Shown here one piece after another: positions 36,568 to 46,077 of a DNA stretch of 64,000 bases; position 1 is the stretch's first letter, and each line of letters opens with the position of its first letter. Position numbers and translations under genes: made by a program. The stretch spans positions 456 to 64,455 of the forward strand of contig JAHDSB010000017.1 of NCBI GenBank assembly GCA_018433015.1, read 5' to 3'. The notes beneath the pieces are model-generated. The model did no database searches, was not told the origin of the DNA, and worked only from the letters and a program-made list of their open reading frames with translations. Source of the stretch: Clostridia bacterium (GTDB lineage: Bacteria > Bacillota > Peptococcia > DRI-13 > SV3-B141).

Positions 36568-37098
36568 TTACCAGATTTTCATTCGGTTTAAGGGCCAGTA
36601 AGTGATAAATGCTTTTCCTTTTACATTTTGTATATCTACAAAACCCCATTCGTGAGAATCATAAGAACGGTTACGGTTATCACCTAACATAAAAAGTTTA
36701 TTTTCCGGAACTGTAATTTTTGGCATATTATACTTAAGGGGTTCTGCCAGATAGCCCTCTGTTTGTACCTCTCCGTTCAAGAACAACTTGCCATCCTTAA
36801 TTTCTACAGTATCTCCGGGCAGTGCTATTAGCCGTTTGATTAGATCATCTTTTAAGCCTGATTGGGCAGGTGGTTTGAAAACGATAACTTCCCCTCTTTC
36901 TAAACCACTAAAACGATGAGTAATCTTTTCCACAAACAACCTGTCACCCGGTTTAATTGTCGGTACCATAGAAGTAGTAGGTACGATGCGACTATCTAAA
37001 ATAAACATCCTGATGATAACTACTAGAACTAAGGCAATAAGTATAGTAATTATCCACTCTTTTATCTCTTGTGTAATACTTTTTATACCTAACACCAC
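36568..37098 (-). CDS. lepB: Signal peptidase I
   Basis: Catalytic Ser region TTSMVPT, the lysine box region and GDNRNRSYDS. Confidence 0.9.
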   Translation of the reverse strand: MVLGIKSITQEIKEWIITILIALVLVVIIRMFILDSRIVPTTSMVPTIKPGDRLFVEKITHRFSGLERGEVIVFKPPAQSGLKDDLIKRLIALPGDTVEIKDGKLFLNGEVQTEGYLAEPLKYNMPKITVPENKLFMLGDNRNRSYDSHEWGFVDIQNVKGKAFITYWPLNRMKIW

Positions 37099-37146
37099 TT
37101 TTCTTATTTCATAACTCCCTAATATAGTAGTATACCGAAAATTATC

Positions 37147-38148
37147 TTATCTCGCCAGCAGTATTTTTTTAATATTTTTATTAAAAGACACAATACGGCT
37201 GCTTGTGTAAGATAAAAACATTACAAATATAAAACCTAATAAGAGGGTAATGTCTTGATTAAATATTCTATCCTCACCACATATAAAATTCCACACCGCT
37301 AGATAAAAAGGATGCAGTAAATAAATAGCAAAAGAATTCTCTCCCAAATAAGTAAGGATACCACTTTCTTTTTTTACACATATAAGCCACAGGTTAATTG
37401 ATGTTAAGACAACAAAAGCATGATAACACCCATAATAAAAATATATTCCTACAGGTTCTCCTAACCTGAGTTTAATATTTACTGAAACATAAAGTACAGT
37501 TGCCAGAATATTTAATATCAATAAAAATTTTCCTTTTGACTGCCAGCGGGAAAGTATTTTTTCATAATTCATACCTATCCAACATCCAATAATGCTAACT
37601 GTTAAATAGCTACCCAACAGGCTCCCTGTAGAGGGATATAGCTTATATATAAACATTTTATTAAGATAATAAAATAAACCTTGCAAAGCAAAAGCTACAA
37701 TAAATACATTAACTACACTGAACTTTTTAAAGATCCGGCAAAGTAAAGGTAGAAATAAGTACAGTTGAAATATAATGACAAAAAAGTACAAGTGATAAAA
37801 GGCAGAACCGTGTAAAAACCAATTTAACCAATTATTTAGCACTAATAAATCCTGCCAAGAGGAATTGAGTACCGTTCTCAACCCAATATAAAACGAGGAC
37901 CAAATAACATATGGTATTATCAGACCCTTGCATCTTTTAATATAGAATTCCCGCAAATTAACCTTACTATTACTAAGTTTTTTACTAATAATTAAAGCAC
38001 TAATAAAAAGAAAAAGGGGTACAGCAAACATTACCATACTATTAACTGTGTTATAAAAATAATATTTTAGACATCCCGGCGGATAATAAATAGTAGCACT
38101 TGCCGTAAGATGTATTATCACAACGGCTAAAATTGCTATCCCCCGCAT
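37147..38148 (-). CDS. Acyltransferase family 3 membrane protein
   Basis: MRGIAILAVVIIH... N-terminus and about 10 TM helices. Confidence 0.75.
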   Translation of the reverse strand: MRGIAILAVVIIHLTASATIYYPPGCLKYYFYNTVNSMVMFAVPLFLFISALIISKKLSNSKVNLREFYIKRCKGLIIPYVIWSSFYIGLRTVLNSSWQDLLVLNNWLNWFLHGSAFYHLYFFVIIFQLYLFLPLLCRIFKKFSVVNVFIVAFALQGLFYYLNKMFIYKLYPSTGSLLGSYLTVSIIGCWIGMNYEKILSRWQSKGKFLLILNILATVLYVSVNIKLRLGEPVGIYFYYGCYHAFVVLTSINLWLICVKKESGILTYLGENSFAIYLLHPFYLAVWNFICGEDRIFNQDITLLLGFIFVMFLSYTSSRIVSFNKNIKKILLAR

Positions 38149-38328
38149 TCTTTCGATTTCCAGTAACTTACTAATTTAAATCACCTATCCCTTAGCACAT
38201 TATTTTATTCATGCAAAGAAGTTGCTCTTTATAAGTTTACCACGTTCCTATCCTTTAAACTAGCTATTCTTCTTCCCCATACATATGGTTAGTACGCAAG
38301 CACCAAGCAGAGCAGCAAAATGCCTGGA

Positions 38329-39273
38329 TCATAAATAATCCAGACATTCCAGACGCCCGATATACTTTTCCAATTCAGGAGTTAAAGGTATCTTAAACTC
38401 CTTATATTCCCCTGTGAGAGGATGATAGAAATCTAACTCATCGGCATGAAGGAATTGCCGATTAAGTCCCGACTTTACAGATAAACAATTATTGGCTGAG
38501 GAGTCTGTACCGTATAAAGGATCTCCTACTATGGGAAATCCTAGGGCCTGCAAATGAACTCGTATTTGGTGGGTTCTACCCGTCTCCAGCTGCAATTTCA
38601 ATAAGGTATAATCTTGCAAAGTATTAGTATCTTGATAATATTTTTGTATTTGATAATGTGTCACCGCTCGTTGCCCTTCCGAACTAATCTTGCGTTTGAT
38701 AGTCCATCCTTCTTCCCTCTCAATAGGTAAATTAATTGTCCCCTTCTTGCTGGGAGGAAATCCTTTTACCAAGGCACTATATGAACGTTTGATCAAATCT
38801 TCCTTCTGCTGCCGGAAGAGCTCTTGGGCGGCAAAATAATGCTTGGCAAATAAAACTAAACCGGAGGTATCCTTATCAAGGCGATTTACAATATGAATTG
38901 ACCTATTCTCGCCCTTATTTTGCCAGTGATTCAAAACTCCATTAGCCAGTGTCCCTCCCGGATGACTTTTGGTAGGATGTACGCATAAGCCTGCCTGCTT
39001 ATTAACCAGGAGAATATCCTGATCTTCGTAGATAATGTGCAAAGCTATATTCTCTGCTTTTAGATAAGGGCTCATTTTTTCAGGAGGGTAATATAACGTG
39101 ATAATATCACCATCCTGGACCATGTCTTTTAGCAATGCTTCTTTCTCATTAACTAAGACAGTCCCGTGATGCTTTAATCTTCGTATTCCTTTAGTAGACA
39201 ACTTTTTAACCTGATATAAATAATATTCTAAAGACCGGGCGCCTTCACCTGGTGCAACAATAAACTTGATCAT
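38329..39273 (-). CDS. RluA-family pseudouridine synthase (RluD-like)
   Basis: Motifs NRLDKDTSGL and GRTHQIRVH. Confidence 0.85.
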   Translation of the reverse strand: MIKFIVAPGEGARSLEYYLYQVKKLSTKGIRRLKHHGTVLVNEKEALLKDMVQDGDIITLYYPPEKMSPYLKAENIALHIIYEDQDILLVNKQAGLCVHPTKSHPGGTLANGVLNHWQNKGENRSIHIVNRLDKDTSGLVLFAKHYFAAQELFRQQKEDLIKRSYSALVKGFPPSKKGTINLPIEREEGWTIKRKISSEGQRAVTHYQIQKYYQDTNTLQDYTLLKLQLETGRTHQIRVHLQALGFPIVGDPLYGTDSSANNCLSVKSGLNRQFLHADELDFYHPLTGEYKEFKIPLTPELEKYIGRLECLDYL

Positions 39274-39354
39274 GTTAAAATAACCTTCCCTATCCTACAC
39301 TGATTTTTGCCCACTTATAATATAGACTTCATCATTTTAACATGATTATTCCCG

Positions 39355-40632
39355 TTATTTAAGCAATTCCGGTAAAAACAATGAAAGTTTGGGGAAATTT
39401 GTTATTAAAATTACTGTTATTAATTCTACTATCAAGAAGGGAATTATTCTACGACTAATTTGTTCCACTTTTAAATTAGAGATACCACAGGCCACAAAGA
39501 GATTTACCGCCATAGGAGGTGTAATCATTCCTACAGAAGTATTTACAACCATAATGATACCTAAAAGAATGGGATCTATGCCTAGCTGTACAGCTAAAGG
39601 TAAAAGAATAGGTGCTACCAGCAAAATAATAGCTTGTGTTTCCAGGAATGTGCCCAAGAATAACAGGATTAAGTTTATCAACAAGGTTATTACAAACATA
39701 TTGGATGAAATATTCATGATAGTATTTGTAATCTTAGCGGGAATTTGGGCACTTGTAATAAGCCAGGAAAAAGACTGGGAAGTTGCTATAACAAAAAGAA
39801 CTACGGAAGTACTTACTGCCGCTTTAACAATAATAGGACCTAAATCACTAATCTTAATTTCTCTATAAATAAACACACTAACAATAAAAGAATATACTAC
39901 GGCTACGGCTGCTGCCTCGGTAGGTGTAAAAACACCGCCATAAATTCCACCCAGAATTATAATGGGCATAATTAATGCTAAAATAGCCTCTTTAAAAGAG
40001 GAAAAAAACTTTTTCGCCGTTGTCGGTTCGCCTTTGGGTAACTTTAATTTCTTAGCATAGTAATAAATTACACCAATTAAGCCTATAGCCATCATAATTC
40101 CTGGTACGAAACCGGCTATAAACAAGGTCCCAATAGATACACTGGCAACAACACCATAAGTTACCATAGGAATGCTGGGAGGAATAATAACACCTAAGGT
40201 ACCACCTGCAGCAGCTACTGCTGCAGAAAAGTCTTTGGGATACCCTGCTTTAATCATGGCAGGAATCATAATCCCTCCGATAGCTGCTACCGTTGCCGGG
40301 TTGGAACCTGATATGGCTCCAAAAAAAGCTGAAGCTACAACGGTTATAATAGCTAATCCTCCAGGTACTGTCCCCACACAAGCCTTAGCAAAAGAAATCA
40401 AGCGCCGTGATATTCCCCCGCTCTCCATTAATCCCCCTGCTAACATGAAAAAGGGAATAGCCATAAAGGGGAAGGAATCTACTGCTGTAAACATGCGCTG
40501 AGCTACAACCAGGGGAGGAGTAGGAATATCGCCGAATACCAAAGCTGTGATAGAAGCCAGCCCTAAAGCTACGCCGATGGGTATGTTAACCACAAGTAAA
40601 ACCACGAGAGTTCCAAATAACAATGCTGCCAT
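39355..40632 (-). CDS. dctM: TRAP transporter large permease
   Basis: 425-aa polytopic protein. Operon with the small permease and the DctP-type binding protein. Confidence 0.85.
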   Translation of the reverse strand: MAALLFGTLVVLLVVNIPIGVALGLASITALVFGDIPTPPLVVAQRMFTAVDSFPFMAIPFFMLAGGLMESGGISRRLISFAKACVGTVPGGLAIITVVASAFFGAISGSNPATVAAIGGIMIPAMIKAGYPKDFSAAVAAAGGTLGVIIPPSIPMVTYGVVASVSIGTLFIAGFVPGIMMAIGLIGVIYYYAKKLKLPKGEPTTAKKFFSSFKEAILALIMPIIILGGIYGGVFTPTEAAAVAVVYSFIVSVFIYREIKISDLGPIIVKAAVSTSVVLFVIATSQSFSWLITSAQIPAKITNTIMNISSNMFVITLLINLILLFLGTFLETQAIILLVAPILLPLAVQLGIDPILLGIIMVVNTSVGMITPPMAVNLFVACGISNLKVEQISRRIIPFLIVELITVILITNFPKLSLFLPELLK

Positions 40633-40647
40633 TTAAGTCATCACCCC

Positions 40648-41115
40648 TTATTCAGGCTGTTTCTTCTTAGATAAAAGTACACTCTGTATAACGCGAATAC
40701 TCATTAAAAAGGCTCCAAAAGGTACTGCCAGATAAGCAAGCCAAATAGGAATAAACAGGGCAGGAGATGTTTGTTTTATTGCTATTTGGTGCATAATGAT
40801 CTTGTAGGAAAAATATATAATTAGTACATTAAAGAGAATTATTACAGCCGCTCTAAACAAATTCATAAACTTTGCAAATTGTTTGGGCAACATATTTACT
40901 ACGACTTCCACTCCTAGATGGGCATTCCTTTTAATACCTAAGCTGGCCCCAATATAAGCTAACCACACCATAATATAGCGGGCAAGCTCTTCAGACCAAG
41001 GTATGGAACCAAGTTGAAAATAACGTACCATAGTCGCTACAAATACAATTATGGTCATGAGAGGGAAAAGAATAATTAACATATATTCTTCCAGATGGTC
41101 AAAAAATTTAGCCAC
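40648..41115 (-). CDS. dctQ: TRAP transporter small permease
   Basis: 155 aa with 4 TM helices, located between dctP and dctM. Confidence 0.8.
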   Translation of the reverse strand: MAKFFDHLEEYMLIILFPLMTIIVFVATMVRYFQLGSIPWSEELARYIMVWLAYIGASLGIKRNAHLGVEVVVNMLPKQFAKFMNLFRAAVIILFNVLIIYFSYKIIMHQIAIKQTSPALFIPIWLAYLAVPFGAFLMSIRVIQSVLLSKKKQPE

Positions 41116-41213
41116 ACTACATCACTCCTAGGGAGAAAGGAGACTTGCAGAAACACAAGTCTCCTTTTTTGTTTTTTATGCTATTTAACTTAAGAAAATT
41201 ATCTTGTGACACT

Positions 41214-42212
41214 TTATTGTAATAAAGCATTAATAACATCTTCACCAATTTCGCCTTTGAACTTATCGTAGACAGGTTTAGTAGCTTCCTGTAAGGCCTT
41301 CTTGTCAGGAGTAGTTATTTCCATGCCTTTTTCTTTTAGATTTTCCGATAATTCCTTCTCCAAGCTAATACAATATTCTCTTTCCCACTGACGCGCTTCT
41401 TGTTCCGCTTCATTCAAAACTTTTTGATCTTCTGGAGATAAACCTTCATAGAAAGACTTGCTGACTAAAAATGCTGCCGGGGAATAAAAATGACCTGTTA
41501 AAGCTAGATAAGGCTGAACTTCATAAAATTTACTAGTATCAATAATTACTAAAGGATTTTCCTGACCGTCAACTGTTTTTTGCTGTAAAGCAGTAAATAA
41601 TTCTCCAAAAGGCATTGGTACAGGTTGGGCACCTAATACTTTAAAGGTTTCTACGTGAACGGGATTTTCCATCAAACGAATTTTTAAACCTGATATATCC
41701 TCTGGTTTATTGATAGCACGTTTACTGTTTGTTAACATTCTAAAGCCATTCTCCCAAAAACCTAAACCAATAATCCCCTTATCATTCAGAGAATCCATCA
41801 TGGCTTTACCAACTTCACCATCCATAACTTCAAAGGCTTTCTCTCTATCTTGGATAATGAAAGGCAAATCAAAGACCATAAACTTTTTCGAGAAGTTGGC
41901 TAAAGGAGCTGTAGAAACTAGCGTTGCTTCTAAGGTTCCCATGGAGATACCTTCTATGGCATCACGCTCGCTACCTAACTGGGCACTATGAAATAACTCA
42001 ACTTTAATTCTTCCTTCTGTCTTTTCTTCCATTATTTCCTTAAATTTTTGTAATCCTTTGTTGTAATGGGAATCAGGAGCTAAAGTATGGGCTATTCTTA
42101 TAGTTACAGCTTTCTCTCCATCCTTTTCTGTGTCCTCGGCTGCTTGTTGTCCACAACCGACCAAAGATACGACTAACACTAAAATTAACAACAAACTAAA
42201 AAACTTTTTCAT
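41214..42212 (-). CDS. dctP: TRAP transporter substrate-binding lipoprotein (DctP family)
   Basis: Track ORF 41214..42227. The ATG at 42212 (MKKFFSLL...) follows GGGAGG. Lipobox LVGCGQ. DctP-like body. Confidence 0.85.
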   Translation of the reverse strand: MKKFFSLLLILVLVVSLVGCGQQAAEDTEKDGEKAVTIRIAHTLAPDSHYNKGLQKFKEIMEEKTEGRIKVELFHSAQLGSERDAIEGISMGTLEATLVSTAPLANFSKKFMVFDLPFIIQDREKAFEVMDGEVGKAMMDSLNDKGIIGLGFWENGFRMLTNSKRAINKPEDISGLKIRLMENPVHVETFKVLGAQPVPMPFGELFTALQQKTVDGQENPLVIIDTSKFYEVQPYLALTGHFYSPAAFLVSKSFYEGLSPEDQKVLNEAEQEARQWEREYCISLEKELSENLKEKGMEITTPDKKALQEATKPVYDKFKGEIGEDVINALLQ

Positions 42213-42298
42213 AAATCTACCTCCCACAATTTTCTCTAATATAAAGATAATTTAAAAGGCCTCCTATTAACCTACCTCCTTTCCAAACCACTAATCTT

Positions 42299-43570
42299 CT
42301 AAGCTATAACTGGTAATGTGTCAGGAGCATGGGTCAAAACTGCTATTTTAGCCTGTTTCCCCATGACAGTTAAAGCACTTTCTACAGCTTGTTCAACAGT
42401 ATCAAAGGGTGTAAAACCTAATTTTTCTGCATCTTCAGGGGATATTCCTTCCGAAACTATATACACTTGTTCCCGCTGTCGCACCTGAGCCCACGCTAAG
42501 GCTAGAGCTGCTGCTACAGAATCTTTGATCATCCCTTTTTCATACATATCTTTAATCTCTGCAAAGTGTAACCCTGCGTAATCAACCATTTCCTGATGGG
42601 TCATGGCTACACCCTCGGGACAAGGGGTAACAACAATGATAATACCATTTTCCTTTACAATTCTATCGGCAGCATACAGAGTTTTGTGAGCCTGCCAGAA
42701 CTCTAAATCACAAGGATGAGAACCAGCCAATACTATTTCCACTTCCTGGGGAACTTTCGCCGTATAAACAGCTTTACTTACTTCCACTCCCTTTTTGAAA
42801 GCTACTTCTAAGTCCCCAAAAAAGGCTTGTATTACCTTGCCATTTCTATCCAAAACAGTATTAAAGATTACATCCATCCCGATTTTCCTGGCAATATGAT
42901 TTAATTCCCTGCGCACAGGATTATCTTCTCTTCCTAAATATGATCTCTTTTCCCTTACACTTAATAAATGTGTACTTCCCGTAGTTATCTCACCTGAAAT
43001 GCCGGGCTGGACTATCTTAGCTCCTCCAGAAAATCCCGGGATATGATGAGGTACAATGCTGCCAATTCCCAGCTTAAAATCAGCTTCATAAACTAACTTA
43101 TTTAAAGATATAGGGGTACCATTTTCCGTCTTCCCTAAGTCTACCAATTCTTCCGTATTCCAACAGTCATGATTGATAATCTCTAGCCGGTCAACTATTT
43201 CCTTGCCAAACTTTTCTATTATCTCTTCTTCTGTCATAAAACGATGGGTTCCCAAGGCTATGACAATCTTTATTTGTTCATCTTTTATACCTGCAGTATT
43301 TAACTCCCGTAAAATAACAGGAATAATTTTATCAGTGGGGGTGGGACGAGTGTTATCATCGGCTACTAATACCACATTTTTCTTTCCCTCTACTAATTTT
43401 CCCAAAGGCAGCGACTCCATGGGATTTGCCAAAGCTCGTTCTACTTCCATACTAATATCTGCTACAGGCGCTAGATCAGCCGGGGAATATACCCCCAATA
43501 AATTCTCCTCCGGAAGGTTAATATTTAAAACAGAATTCCCAAAGGGAAGACTAATAGTTTTAAGAACCAT
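42299..43570 (-). CDS. LarA-like nickel-pincer-dependent 2-hydroxyacid racemase/epimerase homolog (DUF2088)
   Basis: Motifs DDNTRPTP, ALGTHR, VPHHIPGFSGGAK and GSTH. By eye these match the LarA catalytic His, tethering Lys and Ni-ligand His positions. Confidence 0.75.
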   Translation of the reverse strand: MVLKTISLPFGNSVLNINLPEENLLGVYSPADLAPVADISMEVERALANPMESLPLGKLVEGKKNVVLVADDNTRPTPTDKIIPVILRELNTAGIKDEQIKIVIALGTHRFMTEEEIIEKFGKEIVDRLEIINHDCWNTEELVDLGKTENGTPISLNKLVYEADFKLGIGSIVPHHIPGFSGGAKIVQPGISGEITTGSTHLLSVREKRSYLGREDNPVRRELNHIARKIGMDVIFNTVLDRNGKVIQAFFGDLEVAFKKGVEVSKAVYTAKVPQEVEIVLAGSHPCDLEFWQAHKTLYAADRIVKENGIIIVVTPCPEGVAMTHQEMVDYAGLHFAEIKDMYEKGMIKDSVAAALALAWAQVRQREQVYIVSEGISPEDAEKLGFTPFDTVEQAVESALTVMGKQAKIAVLTHAPDTLPVIA

Positions 43571-43593
43571 TTGAATTCCTCCTCACTAATCAT

Positions 43594-44601
43594 TTAACAA
43601 TAATATTTCTTGTAGGCCATGTCAGCGGCCATTCTAAATGCTGCTTCCATACTAGCTGCTGAAGCTCTTCCTTCTCCTGCTCTACCAAAAGCCGTTCCAT
43701 GATCCACTGAAGTTCTGATTATTGGTAAACCTAAGGTAACATTCACACCTTCATCAAAATTGACTATTTTGATGGGAATATGTCCTTGATCATGGTACAT
43801 TACAACCATTACTTGGTATTGTCCTTTAATGGCCCGCACAAAAAGACTATCGGGAGGCACGGGTCCCATAACTTCTTTACCTTCTGCTCGTGCTTCCTCT
43901 ATAGCAGGTATAATTTCTTCAATTTCTTCCATGCCAAAGGCTCCACCTTCCCCACAGTGGGGATTTAAACCAGCCACTGCTATGGTTTTATTAGGTACTT
44001 GATAAGTCTTAATCATATCATGAGCTAAATTAATTACTGTCTTAACACGCTCTTTAGTAGCACGCTCACAGGCCTCTCTCAAAGAACAGTGGGTACTGAC
44101 GTGAATAACATGATAACCATCGGCAGCCAGCATCATAGCATAATCCTGGGTATTGGTCTTTTCCGCAAATATCTCTGTATGCCCTGCATATTGAGTATAT
44201 CCTGCCCGGTGCATAGCTTCCTTATGAATAGGTCCCGTTACCACTGCATCAATTTCACGTTTGTTGGCTAATTCAATAGCTTTAAAAATATAGGAGATAG
44301 CTGCTTTCCCTGCTACAGCATTTACTTTTCCGTAGGGCACCTCAGAAGCTCCTGGAATATCTACATGCAATACATCAATAATCCCTGGAGTAAACTTAGC
44401 TTCTTGTACATTTTTTATAACATTTAGCGCTAAGGGGATTGAAACAAACTTAAAACTCTCTTCTATCCGCTGGCTGTCACCTACTACCAGGGGCCTGGCC
44501 ATCTCATAATATTTCTGTTGACTTAAAGTTTTAACAGTAATCTCCGCGCCACAGCCCGCAGGATCACCCATAGTAATTGCTAAGATCGGTTTCTTGTTCA
44601 T
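43594..44601 (-). CDS. PdxA-family 4-hydroxy(phospho)acid dehydrogenase (PdxA2-type)
   Basis: N-terminal ITMGDPAGCG, HDQGHIP and VDHGTAF motifs. Adjacent to the DUF1537 kinase gene. Confidence 0.85.
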   Translation of the reverse strand: MNKKPILAITMGDPAGCGAEITVKTLSQQKYYEMARPLVVGDSQRIEESFKFVSIPLALNVIKNVQEAKFTPGIIDVLHVDIPGASEVPYGKVNAVAGKAAISYIFKAIELANKREIDAVVTGPIHKEAMHRAGYTQYAGHTEIFAEKTNTQDYAMMLAADGYHVIHVSTHCSLREACERATKERVKTVINLAHDMIKTYQVPNKTIAVAGLNPHCGEGGAFGMEEIEEIIPAIEEARAEGKEVMGPVPPDSLFVRAIKGQYQVMVVMYHDQGHIPIKIVNFDEGVNVTLGLPIIRTSVDHGTAFGRAGEGRASAASMEAAFRMAADMAYKKYYC

Positions 44602-44603
44602 TT

Positions 44604-45884
44604 TTAATCCCTTCCCTTATAATTTTTTTTAATATGCTGTATGGCTCTGGCAAAAACTTGTTCTGTACCAAAACCCCCTGCTTTTGTAATAATATTCATA
44701 TTATCATAAGGGCCTCCTACGATTTTGCCGTAAGGAACCCCGGTTTCCACTTCTTCTATTATTTCAATACCAACGCTTTCCAGACCCCTTAAGACATGAA
44801 GAGCCGTAGTTCCACCTGTGACTATTAACCCCGATAAAGTACACTCTTTTACAATATTTCTAACCAGTTTTTGCAGTTTTTGTGCAATGATGTAGGCTCC
44901 TTCTCCTCCTTTTATCCCTTTAACTTGGCAAAATTTGTTTACTTCTTTTCTGTCTTTCCCTGTACGGCAGGTAGTTATTATTAAATTATGTCCTTCATCT
45001 AAGACCTTAACAATCTTCCGTATTGACTCTTTGTCTACATCTTTTTCTAAAAGAGACACGGGATTTAAAAATACTTCCTTGGCTATATTGTTTGCCACAA
45101 GATAATCTACTATAGCCCTATTTTGGGGATTAACACTGCCTACGATTAGTAAAACAGGTGGTATATTAGCCTGGTCCTGCTGACCCGTCATTTTGATCAA
45201 GGCCTGAGACAGGCCAGCTGAACCACAAAAGAAGAGGGGAGGTAAAATCTTTTTATTTATGGAAACAATTGTTTCCAAATCTTCTTCCACAACTGCATCC
45301 ACCAAAATAATGGACTTACCCTTGAGAGCTAACTTTTTTAGATAATCTGTCAAAATTTTAGCTCCTTGAGCTACAATATCATGGGTAACTAGTTCAATAG
45401 GGAGATTGGTCTGCTCTCTTAATATATGAGGTAAATATGAATTCTTTATGGGAAAGCAAGGATCTTTTGCTATAGCCGTTTCATTTAGAGGAATATTGTC
45501 TATATATAAATGACCCTCTTTTATAATTCGTCCCATTTCAGGATAAGCGGAACAAACAATCATATTCTGTAAAGAATATTCCTCCATTATAGTCTCAATC
45601 TCTACCCCTATATTACCTCGCCAAGTAGAATCAATTTTTTTATATATTTCTGTATTACCTAGTATTTTTAAATAACTACACACTTTTCTGATTATATTTC
45701 GTGCATCTTGTTGTGGTATTTCTCGGGAATTAGTAGAAATAGATACAGCATCAAATCGGTTTAAATCATATTTCATCCCTTCCGGATAGTTTAAAACAAT
45801 ACTCTTATATCCAAAATTGCTTAAAGTCACAGCAGTATCACTTGATCCGCTTAAATCATCAGCAATTATTGCATAACGTATCAA
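44604..45884 (-). CDS. Four-carbon acid-sugar kinase family protein (DUF1537; DtnK/DenK/OtnK family)
   Basis: N-terminal IIADDLSGS motif and a two-domain size of 426 aa. TTG start follows GGGAGGG. First gene after the sigma-54 promoter. Confidence 0.8.
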   Translation of the reverse strand: MIRYAIIADDLSGSSDTAVTLSNFGYKSIVLNYPEGMKYDLNRFDAVSISTNSREIPQQDARNIIRKVCSYLKILGNTEIYKKIDSTWRGNIGVEIETIMEEYSLQNMIVCSAYPEMGRIIKEGHLYIDNIPLNETAIAKDPCFPIKNSYLPHILREQTNLPIELVTHDIVAQGAKILTDYLKKLALKGKSIILVDAVVEEDLETIVSINKKILPPLFFCGSAGLSQALIKMTGQQDQANIPPVLLIVGSVNPQNRAIVDYLVANNIAKEVFLNPVSLLEKDVDKESIRKIVKVLDEGHNLIITTCRTGKDRKEVNKFCQVKGIKGGEGAYIIAQKLQKLVRNIVKECTLSGLIVTGGTTALHVLRGLESVGIEIIEEVETGVPYGKIVGGPYDNMNIITKAGGFGTEQVFARAIQHIKKNYKGRD

Positions 45885-45951
45885 ATTGTACCCTCCCTTA
45901 AAAACAATGAACTATTACTTAATATTTCACTTATCACTTTAACTATATATG

Positions 45952-45967
45952 TGCAAATATCATGCCA
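45952..45967 (-). promoter_or_regulatory. Sigma-54 (-24/-12) promoter of the kinase-pdxA2-larA-TRAP operon
   Basis: The minus strand reads TGGCAT-GATAT-TTGCA, matching TGGCAC-N5-TTGCW. It lies 68 nt upstream of the start codon, and a sigma-54 activator is encoded immediately upstream. Confidence 0.8.
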
Positions 45968-45970
45968 ACA

Positions 45971-45996
45971 GAAAAAACCCCAGGAAAGGGGGTTTT
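45971..45996 (-). terminator. Terminator of the activator gene, located between the UAS and the sigma-54 promoter
   Basis: The minus strand reads AAAACCCC-CTTTCCT-GGGGTTTT extended by TT (a run of six T in all). Confidence 0.65.
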
Positions 45997-46005
45997 AATA
46001 AGGCA

Positions 46006-46050
46006 TAGTGTTGCATACGCAACACTATGCAACGTTGCATATGCAACACT
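46006..46050. promoter_or_regulatory. Upstream activator sequence: three overlapping dyads built from TGCAAC/GTTGCA half-sites
   Basis: The + strand reads TAGTGTTGCATACGCAACACTATGCAACGTTGCATATGCAACACT. It contains TGCAACGTTGCA (perfect 12-bp palindrome), GTTGCATATGCAAC (perfect 14-bp palindrome) and TAGTGTTGCAT/ACGCAACACTA (one mismatch). Confidence 0.65.
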
Positions 46051-46077
46051 CTTATAACATGTTATTAAATATATTGG

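Noticed and set aside
38149-38178. A possible non-canonical upstream start (ATT or CTG after AGGTGA) extending the acyltransferase by about 10 codons (..LLEIER-MRGIA).
   Set aside because: It is attractive because family members usually have a few residues before the RGIA motif. However, it would need a rare start codon immediately after an in-frame TAA, so I kept the ATG at 38148.
39389-40501. Plus-strand ORFs 39389..39868 and 40172..40501.
   Set aside because: They are antisense to the well-supported TRAP large permease gene.
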